Below are positions 1 through 10,433 of a DNA stretch of 64,000 nucleotides, piece after piece. Source of the stretch: an uncultured Planctomycetaceae bacterium. GTDB lineage: Bacteria; Planctomycetota; Planctomycetia; Planctomycetales; Planctomycetaceae. The DNA lies in NCBI GenBank assembly GCA_963813715.1, contig CAWFAK010000008.1, forward strand, positions 224,001 through 288,000. The letters are read 5' to 3'. The notes below the pieces were generated by a model. The model had not been told where the DNA came from. It saw only the letters and a list, made by a program, of their open reading frames with translations, and did not search any database. The position numbers were made by a program, and so were the translations under genes. The first letter of the stretch is position 1, and the number at the start of each line of letters is the position of its first letter.

Positions 1-73
1 CATGGGCGGCCTGGGCAAGAAGGGCGGTCGTCGTGGCGGCCGCAGCACGGCAGGAGCCAAGAAACAGCAATAG
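1..73 (+). CDS. 3' end of a CDS running in from the left edge (Gly/Lys/Arg-rich tail)
   Basis: Frame reads MGGLGKKGGRRGGRSTAGAKKQQ-TAG (stop 71-73) and converges on folC. Confidence 0.45.
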   Translation, partial: MGGLGKKGGRRGGRSTAGAKKQQ

Positions 74-163
74 CGCCGACCCGCGGGCGCGGCAACGCGG
101 CCATCAGAGAGTGCGCGGTGGCCGCGATGAATCCGGAAATGGTTCATTTGTCGCGACGTCGGG

Positions 164-1597
164 CTATCGGGAAGTCTCCAGGCAGAGGGCGTCGCCGTCG
201 CGATTTTGCTCGGCGGCGCCTCCCGATCGATCGAGAATCAGTTCTCGTAGCTCGGCCGCGATAAAGAACGAGCCCGTCACGCAAATGAGGTCGTCGACCG
301 TCGCCAGGTGCGTGGCCAGTCGCCAGGCAGCGGCCGGATCGGGGGCGACGTGGCAGGAGCGGCTAGAAATCGCCTCGACCAAGCCCGCCAGTTCGTCGAT
401 GAAGAGCGCGCGGGGATTCGTCTGGTACTGCGTCAGCACGACGCTGTCGAATCGCGGCAACAAGAGCCGCAGCATCCCGGCCACGTCTTTGTCACGGGTC
501 GCGGCGAAGATCAGAATCCGGCGCGCGGCACTCGCGAAATCCCGCTCGATCGTCTGGATCAGGGCCTCGGTGGCCGCCCAGTTGTGCGCGGCATCGACGA
601 TGGTCGTCGGCCGGTTGGCGATCACTTCGATGCGGGCCGGCCAGCGAACGTTCTGGATTCCCGTCGCGATCGCCGGCTCAGCAACGCTCACGTCCTGATC
701 ACGTAAGAGGGTTGCGGCCGCAATCGCCAGTGTCGCGTTGTCCGCCTGGTGATGTCCGCGCAAGGAAGGCTTGAGTCCCTGCCACGTCCCCCACGGCGTG
801 CGCACGTCAATCAAAGGACCGGACGACCGACTGTCGGCGGCCGCCTGAATGCCGGCCGTGAGATGCTGCCCCCACGAGAGATCGCGACCGAGTCGGTAAA
901 GTGCGCAGCCGAGCCGGTGACAGACCTCCTCGATAACATCGCCTGCCGGTCCGGGAGCGACTCCGGAAATCACCGGCACCCGGGATTTGATAATCCCCGC
1001 TTTTTCCCGCGCGATCTCCGCCGTCGTGTGGCCGAGCACGTTGGTATGATCGCGGCTGATATTGGTGATCACGCAGACCTGCGGATCGCAGACGTTGGTG
1101 GCGTCCAATCGGCCACCCAAGCCCACCTCCAGCACCGCTAGGTCGGCCGCACAATCACGAAAGTAGAGCCAGGCCAACGCGGTCGCCAACTCAAAATAGG
1201 TCGGACCGGGTCCGTCGGGCGCGCGATCCATGCGTTCGATCGGCTCGATCAGCCGGTTCACCAGGTCGACAAAATGGTCGTGAGTCGGCGCCGCGCCGTC
1301 GACGACCATCCGCTCCTCGAAGGCCGTAACATGCGGCGACGTGTAGAGCCCCGTCTTGTGGCCGGCCGCCGTCAAGATCGAGGCCGTCATGGCGGACGTC
1401 GAGCCCTTCCCCTTGGTCCCGGCGATGTGAACGATTTTAAAGCCCTGGTGCGGATTGCCGATCTCGGCGAGCAGCCGCCGCATGCGGTCAAGCTTCAGGT
1501 CGTCGCTGGAAAACGCGATGCCGGTGATGCGCTCGTAGTTGATGCGACCGAAAAGAAACTCGATCGCCTGCTCATAGGTTTGGATCAGGTGACTCAT
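164..1597 (-). CDS. folC: Bifunctional folylpolyglutamate synthase/dihydrofolate synthase
   Basis: HIAGTKGKGST P-loop, YTSPH, TYFE, EVGLGGRLDATN, WPAR.E and DAAHN motifs. Confidence 0.95.
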   Translation of the reverse strand: MSHLIQTYEQAIEFLFGRINYERITGIAFSSDDLKLDRMRRLLAEIGNPHQGFKIVHIAGTKGKGSTSAMTASILTAAGHKTGLYTSPHVTAFEERMVVDGAAPTHDHFVDLVNRLIEPIERMDRAPDGPGPTYFELATALAWLYFRDCAADLAVLEVGLGGRLDATNVCDPQVCVITNISRDHTNVLGHTTAEIAREKAGIIKSRVPVISGVAPGPAGDVIEEVCHRLGCALYRLGRDLSWGQHLTAGIQAAADSRSSGPLIDVRTPWGTWQGLKPSLRGHHQADNATLAIAAATLLRDQDVSVAEPAIATGIQNVRWPARIEVIANRPTTIVDAAHNWAATEALIQTIERDFASAARRILIFAATRDKDVAGMLRLLLPRFDSVVLTQYQTNPRALFIDELAGLVEAISSRSCHVAPDPAAAWRLATHLATVDDLICVTGSFFIAAELRELILDRSGGAAEQNRDGDALCLETSR

Positions 1598-1660
1598 CGC
1601 AGGATTGGCGCGGGCTCGAGAGAATTCGATCGCTTCAAAGTATCTTGCTGGCGGCGTCGG

Positions 1661-2422
1661 TCAACTGCCCGTTCGCCGCGCGGCTGGTCGGTTCTTATCG
1701 CTTTTTTCCGAGGACTCGACGCGAATGTTGCGAAATCTCACGGTTCCGTTGTGGCTTTGCAGCCCCAGAAACCCGCGCGTGTTGCGTAAGGCGAGCAGCG
1801 GATATCGCTCGGGAGTCGCGTCGACCACGCGGATGCCGTTATGCACGACCGTCACGTGCGATCCGTCACACCGAATTTCGAGAGTGTTCCAGGTCCCGGG
1901 CGGCTTCGACACGCGGGGCACGGCAGCCGCGATATCGTAGAGCGACGCGGAATACTGATAGTCCTTCAGCTTGCCGACGTACCGCGCCGCGTGATCGTCG
2001 AGAATCTGGATCTCGAAACCCGCCGGCGGCAGCGACGCGCTATCGCGATGATGGTTGCCGTCGACCGGAACGTGGACGTAAACGCCGCTATTGGCCCCGT
2101 CGGTCAGCTGGTAGTCGAGCTCCAAGCGAAAATCGCCGTATTCGCGGCTCGTGCGGAGCCAGGAATGATGCTTGCCGCGGCAGACGAGACAACCGTCGCG
2201 CACCAGCCAATCGTCGGCCGCCTGCTTGCCGACCGGCTCCCAGCCAGCCAGGTTTCGGCCGTTGAACAGAATTTTGGTTGCGGCCTCCGGGTCGGCAGCC
2301 GGAGCGTCCCATGTCGACAAAGTCGCTAAGCCCGCGAACATTGCGAGCCCAACAACCAGAGCATGCGCCGCCTGGATCCTGCGCGGGCGTAGCAGACCGA
2401 CGGATTTGGAATCCCGAAACAT
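1661..2422 (-). CDS. DUF1080 / 3-keto-disaccharide hydrolase family protein, secreted
   Basis: Signal-like N-terminus; LFNG..LAGW, ANSGVY, FEIQILDD, G.WN..EI, G.LGLQSH, V.FRNI. Confidence 0.9.
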   Translation of the reverse strand: MFRDSKSVGLLRPRRIQAAHALVVGLAMFAGLATLSTWDAPAADPEAATKILFNGRNLAGWEPVGKQAADDWLVRDGCLVCRGKHHSWLRTSREYGDFRLELDYQLTDGANSGVYVHVPVDGNHHRDSASLPPAGFEIQILDDHAARYVGKLKDYQYSASLYDIAAAVPRVSKPPGTWNTLEIRCDGSHVTVVHNGIRVVDATPERYPLLALRNTRGFLGLQSHNGTVRFRNIRVESSEKSDKNRPAARRTGS

Positions 2423-2673
2423 GTCTTCCTATGTCTCCAAAGGCTGGCCATTGTAACAGCCAGCTGAATTTTCGACGTGCGAGCGGTCGCTCTGCGGCGG
2501 CGAGCCGCTGCTTGGTCCGGGTAAAACACCCAGGCTGGACGTAACGATTTCCTAAAATCCTCTAACAATCCCAAGAATCGATAAAGGTTGCCGCCGCGCC
2601 GCAGTCGAAGAAAAAAAGAAGCGGAGTTTCGCCTAAAGTTTCGGGCCCGCTCTTACAGTCGCAGGCGGCCGTC

Positions 2674-3012
2674 ATGAGCACAATCGGCGGAATGAGTGCG
2701 GCCGCGTTAAACGTGGCAAGCTCGGTTGTCGCCTCGTCCCGACCCGAGGCCGTGGGCGAAAAGGCCCAGACGCAGGCCGCCCATCAGCAATCGCAAGCCG
2801 CGCTCTCTGAAGCGTCCGACGACGTCGAAGACGCGCAGTTCTCGCCCGATCGGGATGCGGACGGCCGTCAGCTCTATCGACGCCCCGCCCCTCTCGCGCA
2901 GGATGCGATCACGAGCGAAGCGGACGAGGCCGTTGCGTCAGGGCCTGCCCCTGCGAACCACCCCGCCGATGCCTTTGGCGACCGCGGAAATGCGCTGGAC
3001 CTCGATGCCTAG
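2674..3012 (+). CDS. Small acidic hypothetical protein (DRDADGR motif, C-terminal GNALDLDA)
   Basis: 112-aa ATG ORF after an AT-rich intergenic stretch; low-complexity Ala/Gln/Asp composition. Confidence 0.7.
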   Translation: MSTIGGMSAAALNVASSVVASSRPEAVGEKAQTQAAHQQSQAALSEASDDVEDAQFSPDRDADGRQLYRRPAPLAQDAITSEADEAVASGPAPANHPADAFGDRGNALDLDA

Positions 3013-3036
3013 CGCCTCCGAAAACGCCCCACGACT

Positions 3037-5274
3037 TCAGCTCGCCGGCGTGCGCAGCGACGCGTGAATCAGCGAAATGAGCTTGGCAGCGTGAATCGGC
3101 TTGGTCGCATATTCGTCGCAGCCGGCCGACAGGCAACGCTCGCGGTCGCCGGCCATCGTGTGCGCGGTGAGCGCGATAATCACTCCGCGATAGCCCGCCG
3201 CCCGGAGTTGCGACGTGCTGGTGTAACCGTCCATCACGGGCATCTGCATGTCCATCAAGATGACGGCGAACGGTTTTTCGGCACGCTCCGCCGCGAGGGC
3301 CCGATCCATCGCCTGCTGCCCGTTGTCGACCACTTCGACGTCGGCCCCCGCCTTTCGCAATAGGTACGAGAGGAGCCGCTGATTGTCGACGCCGTCCTCG
3401 GCAACCAGCACGCGGCATGTGAGCGGGGCCATCGCCTCGCGTGGCCGCGACGGCGCCGGTCGCCCGTCCCCCGCCTGCGCGGCCGGCTGATAAATGCGGA
3501 CGCCTTCGAGCGAGCCGGTCGCCACAGTCACCGTGAAGGTCGAGCCGCGGCCCGGCTGGCTTTCCGCGACCAGGTCGCCTCCCAACAGATCCGCAAAGCG
3601 TTTGCTGATCGTCAGCCCCAATCCCGTCCCGCCAAATCTTCGCGTGGTTGAGGGGTCGGCCTGCGTGAAAGGGCGAAACAAGCGGCCCAACTCTTCGGCC
3701 GTCATGCCGATGCCCGTGTCGCGAACGGCAAATTCCAGCCGCCCCGCGAGGCCGCCACGATCCTTTTGCGAGTCGGGCAGAAACCGGACGGAGATCTGCA
3801 CGCTGCCTTGTTCGGTGAATTTGAGCGCGTTGCCCACCAAGTTGATCAATATTTGCCGCAGGCGCGTCGGGTCGCTCTCGATCGTCTCCGGGATCGGTCC
3901 CGGATAACTGGCGGTCAGCTCGAGCCGCCGGGCATCCGCGCGGACTTTCATCAGCGCGATCACGTCCGCGACGATTTTCATCGGCGAGAAGCGGAGCCGT
4001 TCGATCCGCAGGGAGCTGGCCTCGATCTTCGACAGGTCGAGGATGTCGTTGATGATCTCGAGCAAATGCTCGCCGTTTCGCTTGATGGTCTCAAGCGCGC
4101 TCGTGCGTGCCGGCGGCGCGGTCTCGATCCCCTCCTCCATCAAGAGCAAATCAGCGAAGCCGAGAATGGCCGTCATCGGCGTGCGGATTTCGTGGCTCAT
4201 GTTAGCCAGGAATTCGCTTTTCGACTGGTTCGCCTGCTCGGCGCGGCGGCGAGCCACCTCGAGCTCTGCAGCCTGGGCAATGAGGGCCGCCGACTGTTGC
4301 TCGATCTGCCGTCGAGACTCTTCGATCTCGGCCGCCGAACGCTTGAGCTCGGCCTCAAAGGTCTTGCGATCGGTGATATCGGTCAGCGTTCCCGCCATCC
4401 GCAAGGACCGTCCCTGCGGGTCGCTGATCGATCGCCGCGGAGCCGAAACCAGCGCCAGGCGCCCGACTTCGCCCGCAAGCGCGTTTCGAGGTCGAGCGAC
4501 TTGTTGCGATCGAGGTGGGCCCGGATCGTCGCTAGCGTGCCGACTGCTTCATCGGAAGGCAAATGTATCTCGAGCGCTTGGAGCGTATTCTCGAACTCGC
4601 GATCGGTGTAGCCCAGCAGCTCCTTGAACCGCTGGGAATAATAGACGTCGTTCGTGACGACATCCCAGTCCCAGATGCCGTCACTCGAACCGCGAACCGC
4701 AAAGTTGAAGCGTTCTTCGCTCTGCCGCAAGGCCCGTGCCCGCTCCTCCAGCCGACGCATTCCCAGGCGGAGCGTTTCGCGCTCGGCGAGCAGGCCGCGG
4801 ATTTGGCGGTACTCGGTCGTGACGTCCTCGACGATCACGAGCGCGAATTGTCCCTGTTCGTCCCAGCGGCGCACGGTGATCCGTTGTTTCATCGGGCCCG
4901 GGCCGTTGGCGGATCCTTCCAACCGACTGCCGAAACCTTCCAGTAGCGTACACGCCGTGTCGTCGCTCCTGTCTCCGTCGAGCGCGCGGGCTACCCGATC
5001 CTGTCAGCGCCCGTGCCATTGTCTCGCCCACCGCGCTGCCATAGGGGTGCCCCACAATCTCAGCGCGGCCGACACCCGACCATTGTTCGAGCGTGCGGTT
5101 CCAGAACAAAACGACGAACTGGCGATCGAGCACGCACAGTCCGAGCGGCAAGAGGTCCAACGACCGCGTCTCGAGGTTGGTCGGACCGGATTGGGCATTC
5201 CGCATCGGCGGCGGCTCGTGATGTGAAAATGGGCGTTTCAAAGGCAGATCGAGAGACGCAGCGGGATTCGTCAA
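3037..5274 (-). CDS. Hybrid sensor histidine kinase (PAS-PAS-HisKA-HATPase-REC), frameshifted
   Basis: 3037-4404 has [30 protein letters not shown] and a REC domain (DMQMP). PAS pieces lie in 4383-4922 ([10 protein letters not shown]) and 4681-5274 ([18 protein letters not shown]). Confidence 0.85.
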
Positions 5275-6113
5275 GCACTCAAGAGCGAGGTTTCGCGCGG
5301 AATCCGACGGTAGATCGCCGCGGCTTCGACCGGCAGACGCTCGAGCCCGGACTGTCGGTCAAGGGCGGGCTCGGTGGCCGCCAGGATGAGAAAACCGTCC
5401 GTGGCGAGTTGATCGATCAGCCTCCCAAGCCGCCGGCGCCGGGCCGGGGGATCGAGATCGCCCGCGTGTTGATGGCAGACAATCAAGTCGGCCACCCCAG
5501 CCGCAGAGCAACCTTCGAGGGGATCCAGCTGCAGCCAGGAAATGTTCTCGGACAACGGCGAGCGATTGCGCCAACCGCGACTTGCCGGCAGCTGCTCGAA
5601 GGACCGTTCGAGCCGCTTCAGCGACACCCCGCGCTGAACTTCATAGTCCGAATAAATGCCGCATCGCGCGCGGGCAAGGACATCCGCATTCAGGTCCGAG
5701 GCAAGGATCGTCACGTTCCAGTGACACAGCTCAGGACAGCGTTCGTGGAGGGCGATCGCCAGGCTGTACGTTGGCTGCCCGGTGCCGCAGCCGACTGACC
5801 AAATTCGCAACGTTCGCGTGGCCCGGCGCGTCGAAAGCAGGGCCGGCATCACGTCGTAAAGCAGTGCCTCGAGTGCCTGCTGCTCGGCGAAGAACGTCGA
5901 CTCGGGCCCCGTCACGGCGCGACTCAGCGCATCGGCCATTCGTTCCCCGCCGCGACGCTGTTTGATTCCGAACTCGACGAGGGCTCCGCGCGGTCTCTTT
6001 CGGTCGTCGCGAATGGCTGTCTCGAACACGTAGTCCGCACCTGCGGGCGACGAAGATCGCGACCCGTGCAGCAAAAACAACGACGATGACTGGTCCTGGC
6101 TCGATCGACGCAT
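5271..6113 (-). CDS. CheR-like methyltransferase with degenerate motifs
   Basis: ESTFF, RIWSVGCGTGQPTYSLA, ILASDLN, AR.GIYS..EV.RG, L...GFLIL. Confidence 0.8.
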   Translation of the reverse strand: MRRSSQDQSSSLFLLHGSRSSSPAGADYVFETAIRDDRKRPRGALVEFGIKQRRGGERMADALSRAVTGPESTFFAEQQALEALLYDVMPALLSTRRATRTLRIWSVGCGTGQPTYSLAIALHERCPELCHWNVTILASDLNADVLARARCGIYSDYEVQRGVSLKRLERSFEQLPASRGWRNRSPLSENISWLQLDPLEGCSAAGVADLIVCHQHAGDLDPPARRRRLGRLIDQLATDGFLILAATEPALDRQSGLERLPVEAAAIYRRIPRETSLLSA

Positions 6114-6120
6114 CGATTCC

Positions 6121-6537
6121 TCAGAGAGCTGTCGGCAATGCCTTGATGGGGTGCGACTCCGCCAGTTCGAGAATCCCCAACTGTTCGAGTTTCTCGCGGA
6201 CGATGTCGCGGCTGTACGGTTTCTGCATAAATTCGTCGGCCCCGGCCTGCAGGGCCGCCGCAATCTGTGTGCGGTCGAGTGTGTCGCCGCAAACGATCAC
6301 GGCGGGCCGCGAGTGCCGTGGCGACTGAGTCAGTTTTTGCAACAGGTCGACACAGTCGCGGTCTTCCGGCCTCCACTCGAGGAGAACCGCCGGGATTTCG
6401 GGCTCCGCGTTTAAAATCTCCCAAGCCGCGCGAGCATTGGGCGCCTCGCACGTCTGCAGTCCGAGCGAATTCACCACCCGCCGGCCAAGGAGCCGCACGG
6501 CCCGCCATTCGTCGACAAGCAGGATTTTGCGGTCCAT
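6121..6537 (-). CDS. CheY-like single receiver domain protein, atypical
   Basis: KILLVDE...VLLEW...AGADEFMQKPY receiver pattern. Confidence 0.8.
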   Translation of the reverse strand: MDRKILLVDEWRAVRLLGRRVVNSLGLQTCEAPNARAAWEILNAEPEIPAVLLEWRPEDRDCVDLLQKLTQSPRHSRPAVIVCGDTLDRTQIAAALQAGADEFMQKPYSRDIVREKLEQLGILELAESHPIKALPTAL

Positions 6538-6950
6538 CCCGCTGTCTCCGTTTGGCCCGGCTGAGCCGCTTCTCACGGTTGCGCAGATCGGTCAGATGTT
6601 CTCGGCGTGCGGATCGCAGCCCGAATGACCTGGTCGCCCGCGCTCTCGCCGCGCCTGCTGGCGCACCGCGGACGCGGCACGGACGACTATCGTTTCGGCG
6701 AATTCTCGTACGGGGCGTGCATCGATTCGCCGTTTTCAGGCAGCCGGAGGCGCAATTCACCACCCGGATCCTTGCCTCAGGCGGACGCGTCAGGACCGGA
6801 ACTTTCGGCGCGCAAAGGAAGGTTTTTCCTCCGCCGGCCGACAGCCCGCTCGCGCGCGGCAGAGCCCGTCTACGCGCCTCGGGGCCGCGTCGCTACACTG
6901 CGGCCTCGTTACCTGCGACCCTGAACCATCCGCCACGTTTTCAAGTGCCC

Positions 6951-7730
6951 ATGCCGCTTCGTCCGCTCATTCTGTTCGAGTCGCCGGCCGCCGAGGTCGC
7001 GCTCCGCCGCCAGGGATTGGCAACGCTCGACGCAATCTTCGCGGGACAGGCGTCCGCGCAGCTACGTCACGTCGGCCGGGCCGTGTTGAAGACCGAATTG
7101 CCCGGTCTGGGCGGAGCGACGGAGACGGTGTACGTTAAACTCAGCTGGGGACGCCGCCGCTGGTGGCCCCGCATGGCCGATATCCGCACCGGCCAGGTCT
7201 TCCAAAGCCTCGCCGTCCGGGAATGGGAAGGCCTGAAAACCTTCGAGCGACTAGGCCTGCAGGTTCCCGAACGGCTGGCCCTGCTGGAGGAGGGCGTTCT
7301 CTGGAAGCGCTCGGCGCTGATCCTGCGGGCCGTGCCGCCGCCCGCATCACTGTCGGACATGATCTTGGACGGCAGCTGGCTCCGGTTGCCGCTTACGGAT
7401 CGGGGCCTGATTCTCGAAAAGGTGGGATGGACCCTGTCTCAGATTCATGACGCAGGCTGGGCCTGGCGGAGCATCTCAACGCGGCACGTCTTTCCGCAAC
7501 GGGACATCCGCGGCGACTGGAAAATCTGGCTGATCGACTGTGAAGGCGTGCACCGGGCCCGCTCGGCCGCCATTCTGCAGCGCGACGTCCGCCGATTTCT
7601 GCGGGCTCTCTCCCACGATCATGCGGACGAGCCGACGCTGGAAACGATGCGAGACATCGGCTTCCGGCTCGCCTCGCGAAACACCTGCGGCTCCGGCGAA
7701 GGCACGAATCGCGACCGTTCGGCGGCTTGA
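6951..7730 (+). CDS. Lipopolysaccharide kinase (Kdo/WaaP/InaA) family protein
   Basis: VYVK, REWEGL....GL.VP, L..IH.AG, WLIDCE; ATG at 6951 within ORF 6267-7730. Confidence 0.75.
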   Translation: MPLRPLILFESPAAEVALRRQGLATLDAIFAGQASAQLRHVGRAVLKTELPGLGGATETVYVKLSWGRRRWWPRMADIRTGQVFQSLAVREWEGLKTFERLGLQVPERLALLEEGVLWKRSALILRAVPPPASLSDMILDGSWLRLPLTDRGLILEKVGWTLSQIHDAGWAWRSISTRHVFPQRDIRGDWKIWLIDCEGVHRARSAAILQRDVRRFLRALSHDHADEPTLETMRDIGFRLASRNTCGSGEGTNRDRSAA

Positions 7731-8467
7731 TCGCCGGACCGATGCGCCATCGCGCCCGGGGCGAAACAAAGGTCCCGTCGGCCCCCCGTTTTCGGTGAAC
7801 CAAGTGTCGTCCGCGGAAATGGGCCGCTGACCTCTCTTGATTGGCGCCGTGCCGCAACGATTGCTGCCGGGTGACACCGGCCCCTTTTTTGGCGGTTTGG
7901 CGTCCGTGGAGGCCGCGTGGAAAACGGCGACGAACTTCTGCCTCCGCCGTGTCAACTGGAGAGGTTCTAGGGAGCGCGCCCGGATGCTTCCCAAAGGCAA
8001 CGCTAAGCCGCTCTTTCGTGCGTCCCACGACCGGGCTGCCGGCCTCGACGCAATCGCCGCAAAGCCATACGCAAGATCGGTTTGCGTCATTCGGCAGAAA
8101 CTGCGCGAATGGGATGCGTTCTGTCAACATGTTGCCCTGCGGCGACGTAAGCATCTAGAGCACTGAGGATTGCTAGGAGAGCCAGAAACGAGCGAGGGGC
8201 GACCGGAGCAAAGAAATTCGCCGCCTCGCGCACGCCCTAAGTTCTTGCAGCATCCCGGTTGCAGCGATCGATTGATTCTTCTCAAACCTCCTCGGTTACT
8301 TTTCGCGCAGATTCGACCTGACCGACTCGCTTTTCGACCAGAATCGCTTCAAGTTTCGAGAGCTATAGTTGGCTGGTTGACTTGCGGCTCCATAATTAGG
8401 AGCGTTCCGAGCGCCGAGGGGATTGGGTGCTTTGAACGGACCTGAAGCGCACGAAGGAAACAAGTTC

Positions 8468-8914
8468 ATGGCTCGAAAAGACGCGCTGTTGCGGCTTCAC
8501 GAACGACTGGTCGCCAAGCGCGACTCGCTTCGTAGGAAGCTCGCCGACGATTTGACGCACACCCAAGTTTCCACCGCTGGCGATGAGGCCGACGCGGCCA
8601 ATGACGGGGCCCAGGTCGAGCTCAACACGCAGTTGGCCGCTCTGGAAAGCCGTGAATTGGTTCAGGTCGAGCGGGCCATCGATTTGATCCGCCGCGGCCG
8701 TTATGGTATCTGCGAGGTTTGCGACCAGCCGATTCCGATCGAGCGATTGAAGGCTTTGCCGTTCACCCCAGTCTGCGTCACGTGCGGGCGGCTCCAAGAG
8801 CAGCTGTCACACGGCGGCTATGACGATGGGGCGGATTGGGAATCGGCCTTTGAGCTCGAGGGGCGTCTGCGGGATCGCGAGTTGACGTTGGGTGACATCG
8901 ATATCGCCGACTGA
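8468..8914 (+). CDS. TraR/DksA family C4 zinc-finger transcription factor
   Basis: GDEADAA coiled-coil tip, YGICEVC..PIP.ERL.ALP....CVTC. Confidence 0.92.
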   Translation: MARKDALLRLHERLVAKRDSLRRKLADDLTHTQVSTAGDEADAANDGAQVELNTQLAALESRELVQVERAIDLIRRGRYGICEVCDQPIPIERLKALPFTPVCVTCGRLQEQLSHGGYDDGADWESAFELEGRLRDRELTLGDIDIAD

Positions 8915-8936
8915 ACTCCACTTCGCGGACTGAACC

Positions 8937-10401
8937 ATGGTACGCCGGCTCCCCCTGCGGTGGAGCGTGCCGACGCTGTTGCTGGGAGGCGCCGTTGGTC
9001 TGGGAATCGCCTCCCGGCCTCTCAGCCATCTCGCGCACGCCCGCTCTGACGATAAGTCCTTTACCGACACGGCGTCCCTGGATCGCGGCGGGTCTGCGCT
9101 GATCCAAACCAGCCGGCAATTGGCGCGGGTGGCGGCCGACGTCACGCCAAGCGTCGTCCACATCGAAAGTAAGTTCGAGACCTCCGAGAACCGCATGGTC
9201 GAGGAGACCGGTTCCGGGGTGATCGTCAGCTGTCCGGCAGTCCCCGGTTATTACATCGTCACCAACCGCCACGTCATCGGCGACACGGCGACGTTGCAAC
9301 AAGTGTCGATCCGCCTTCGCGATGGCCGCTCGTTCCATCCGATGCAGAAGTGGGTCGATCGCGAGACGGACCTGGCGGTGCTCAAGATCGACGCCGACAC
9401 AGCTAAGCCGATGGCCTGGGGCAACAGCGATCGGCTGGAGATCGGCAACCTCGTGCTGGCGGTCGGCAGCCCATTTGGTCTGAGCCAGTCGGTCACGATG
9501 GGCATCGTCAGCGCGGGGCCGGGCCTTGCACTTGGGGGGCCGTAGCGCGAGCGATCTGGTCAATCAAGACTTCATCCAGACCGACGCCGCGATCAACTTC
9601 GGTAACAGCGGCGGACCGCTGATCGACGTCGACGGGCGACTGGTCGGCATCAATACGGCCATTGCCTCCAACAGCGGCGGCAACGACGGTATCGGCTTCA
9701 GCATCCCTAGCAACCTGGTTCGCCGAGTGGTCTACGACCTGCTCGAACGCGGCCAGGTGCAGCGCGCGTACTTGGGCGTGATGCTCGATCCGGACTTTAC
9801 CGTGGAAAAGGCTCGCGAGCTGAAGCTCGACCGGGTCCGAGGGGCGCGGATCACCCAGATTTACCCGCAGTCGCCGGCCTCAAAGGCCGGGCTGGCGGTC
9901 GACGACATCGTCCTCTCCTTCGACGGCACCGACATCGTGGACGAGAACCACCTGATCAACCTGGTCAGCCTGACGCAAATCGGGCGGAAGGTGCAGCTCG
10001 TTGTGCTCCGCGGCGGACAAAAGATGTCGATCGACGTGAATCTCTCGAACCGGCAGGAAATGGATCAGCACTCCGAAGCGCCAAGCCACCCGGCAATGGG
10101 CGCGCTGATCAAGCCGCTGGGCCTCACACTGCACGATCTTTCGGGGGACCTGGCGAGCCAGCTCGGTTTCTCCGAAACGACACGGGGCCTATTGGTGCTG
10201 AGCATCGATCCGCGGAGCACGTTGACGGGCAGCGTCGACGTGTACGACGTGCTCGAGGAAGTCGCCCGTACTCCGGTCACGACGGTTGCCGACGTGCGAA
10301 AGGCCCTGTCGGCGTCCGGAAAAGGTGACGTGCTGCTGCGATTTAAGCGCAAGAACGCTACGGGCCAGCACAGTCACATCGTCGTCTGGCAGCGTTCCTG
10401 A
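8937..10401 (+). CDS. HtrA/DegP-family serine protease with two PDZ domains, frameshift near 9530
   Basis: TNRHV, DLAVLKI, GSPFGL in 8937-9545; [15 protein letters not shown] and PDZ domains in 9526-10401. Confidence 0.92.
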
Positions 10402-10433
10402 CCGGCTGACCGACCCCGCCGATCTTCTCGACC

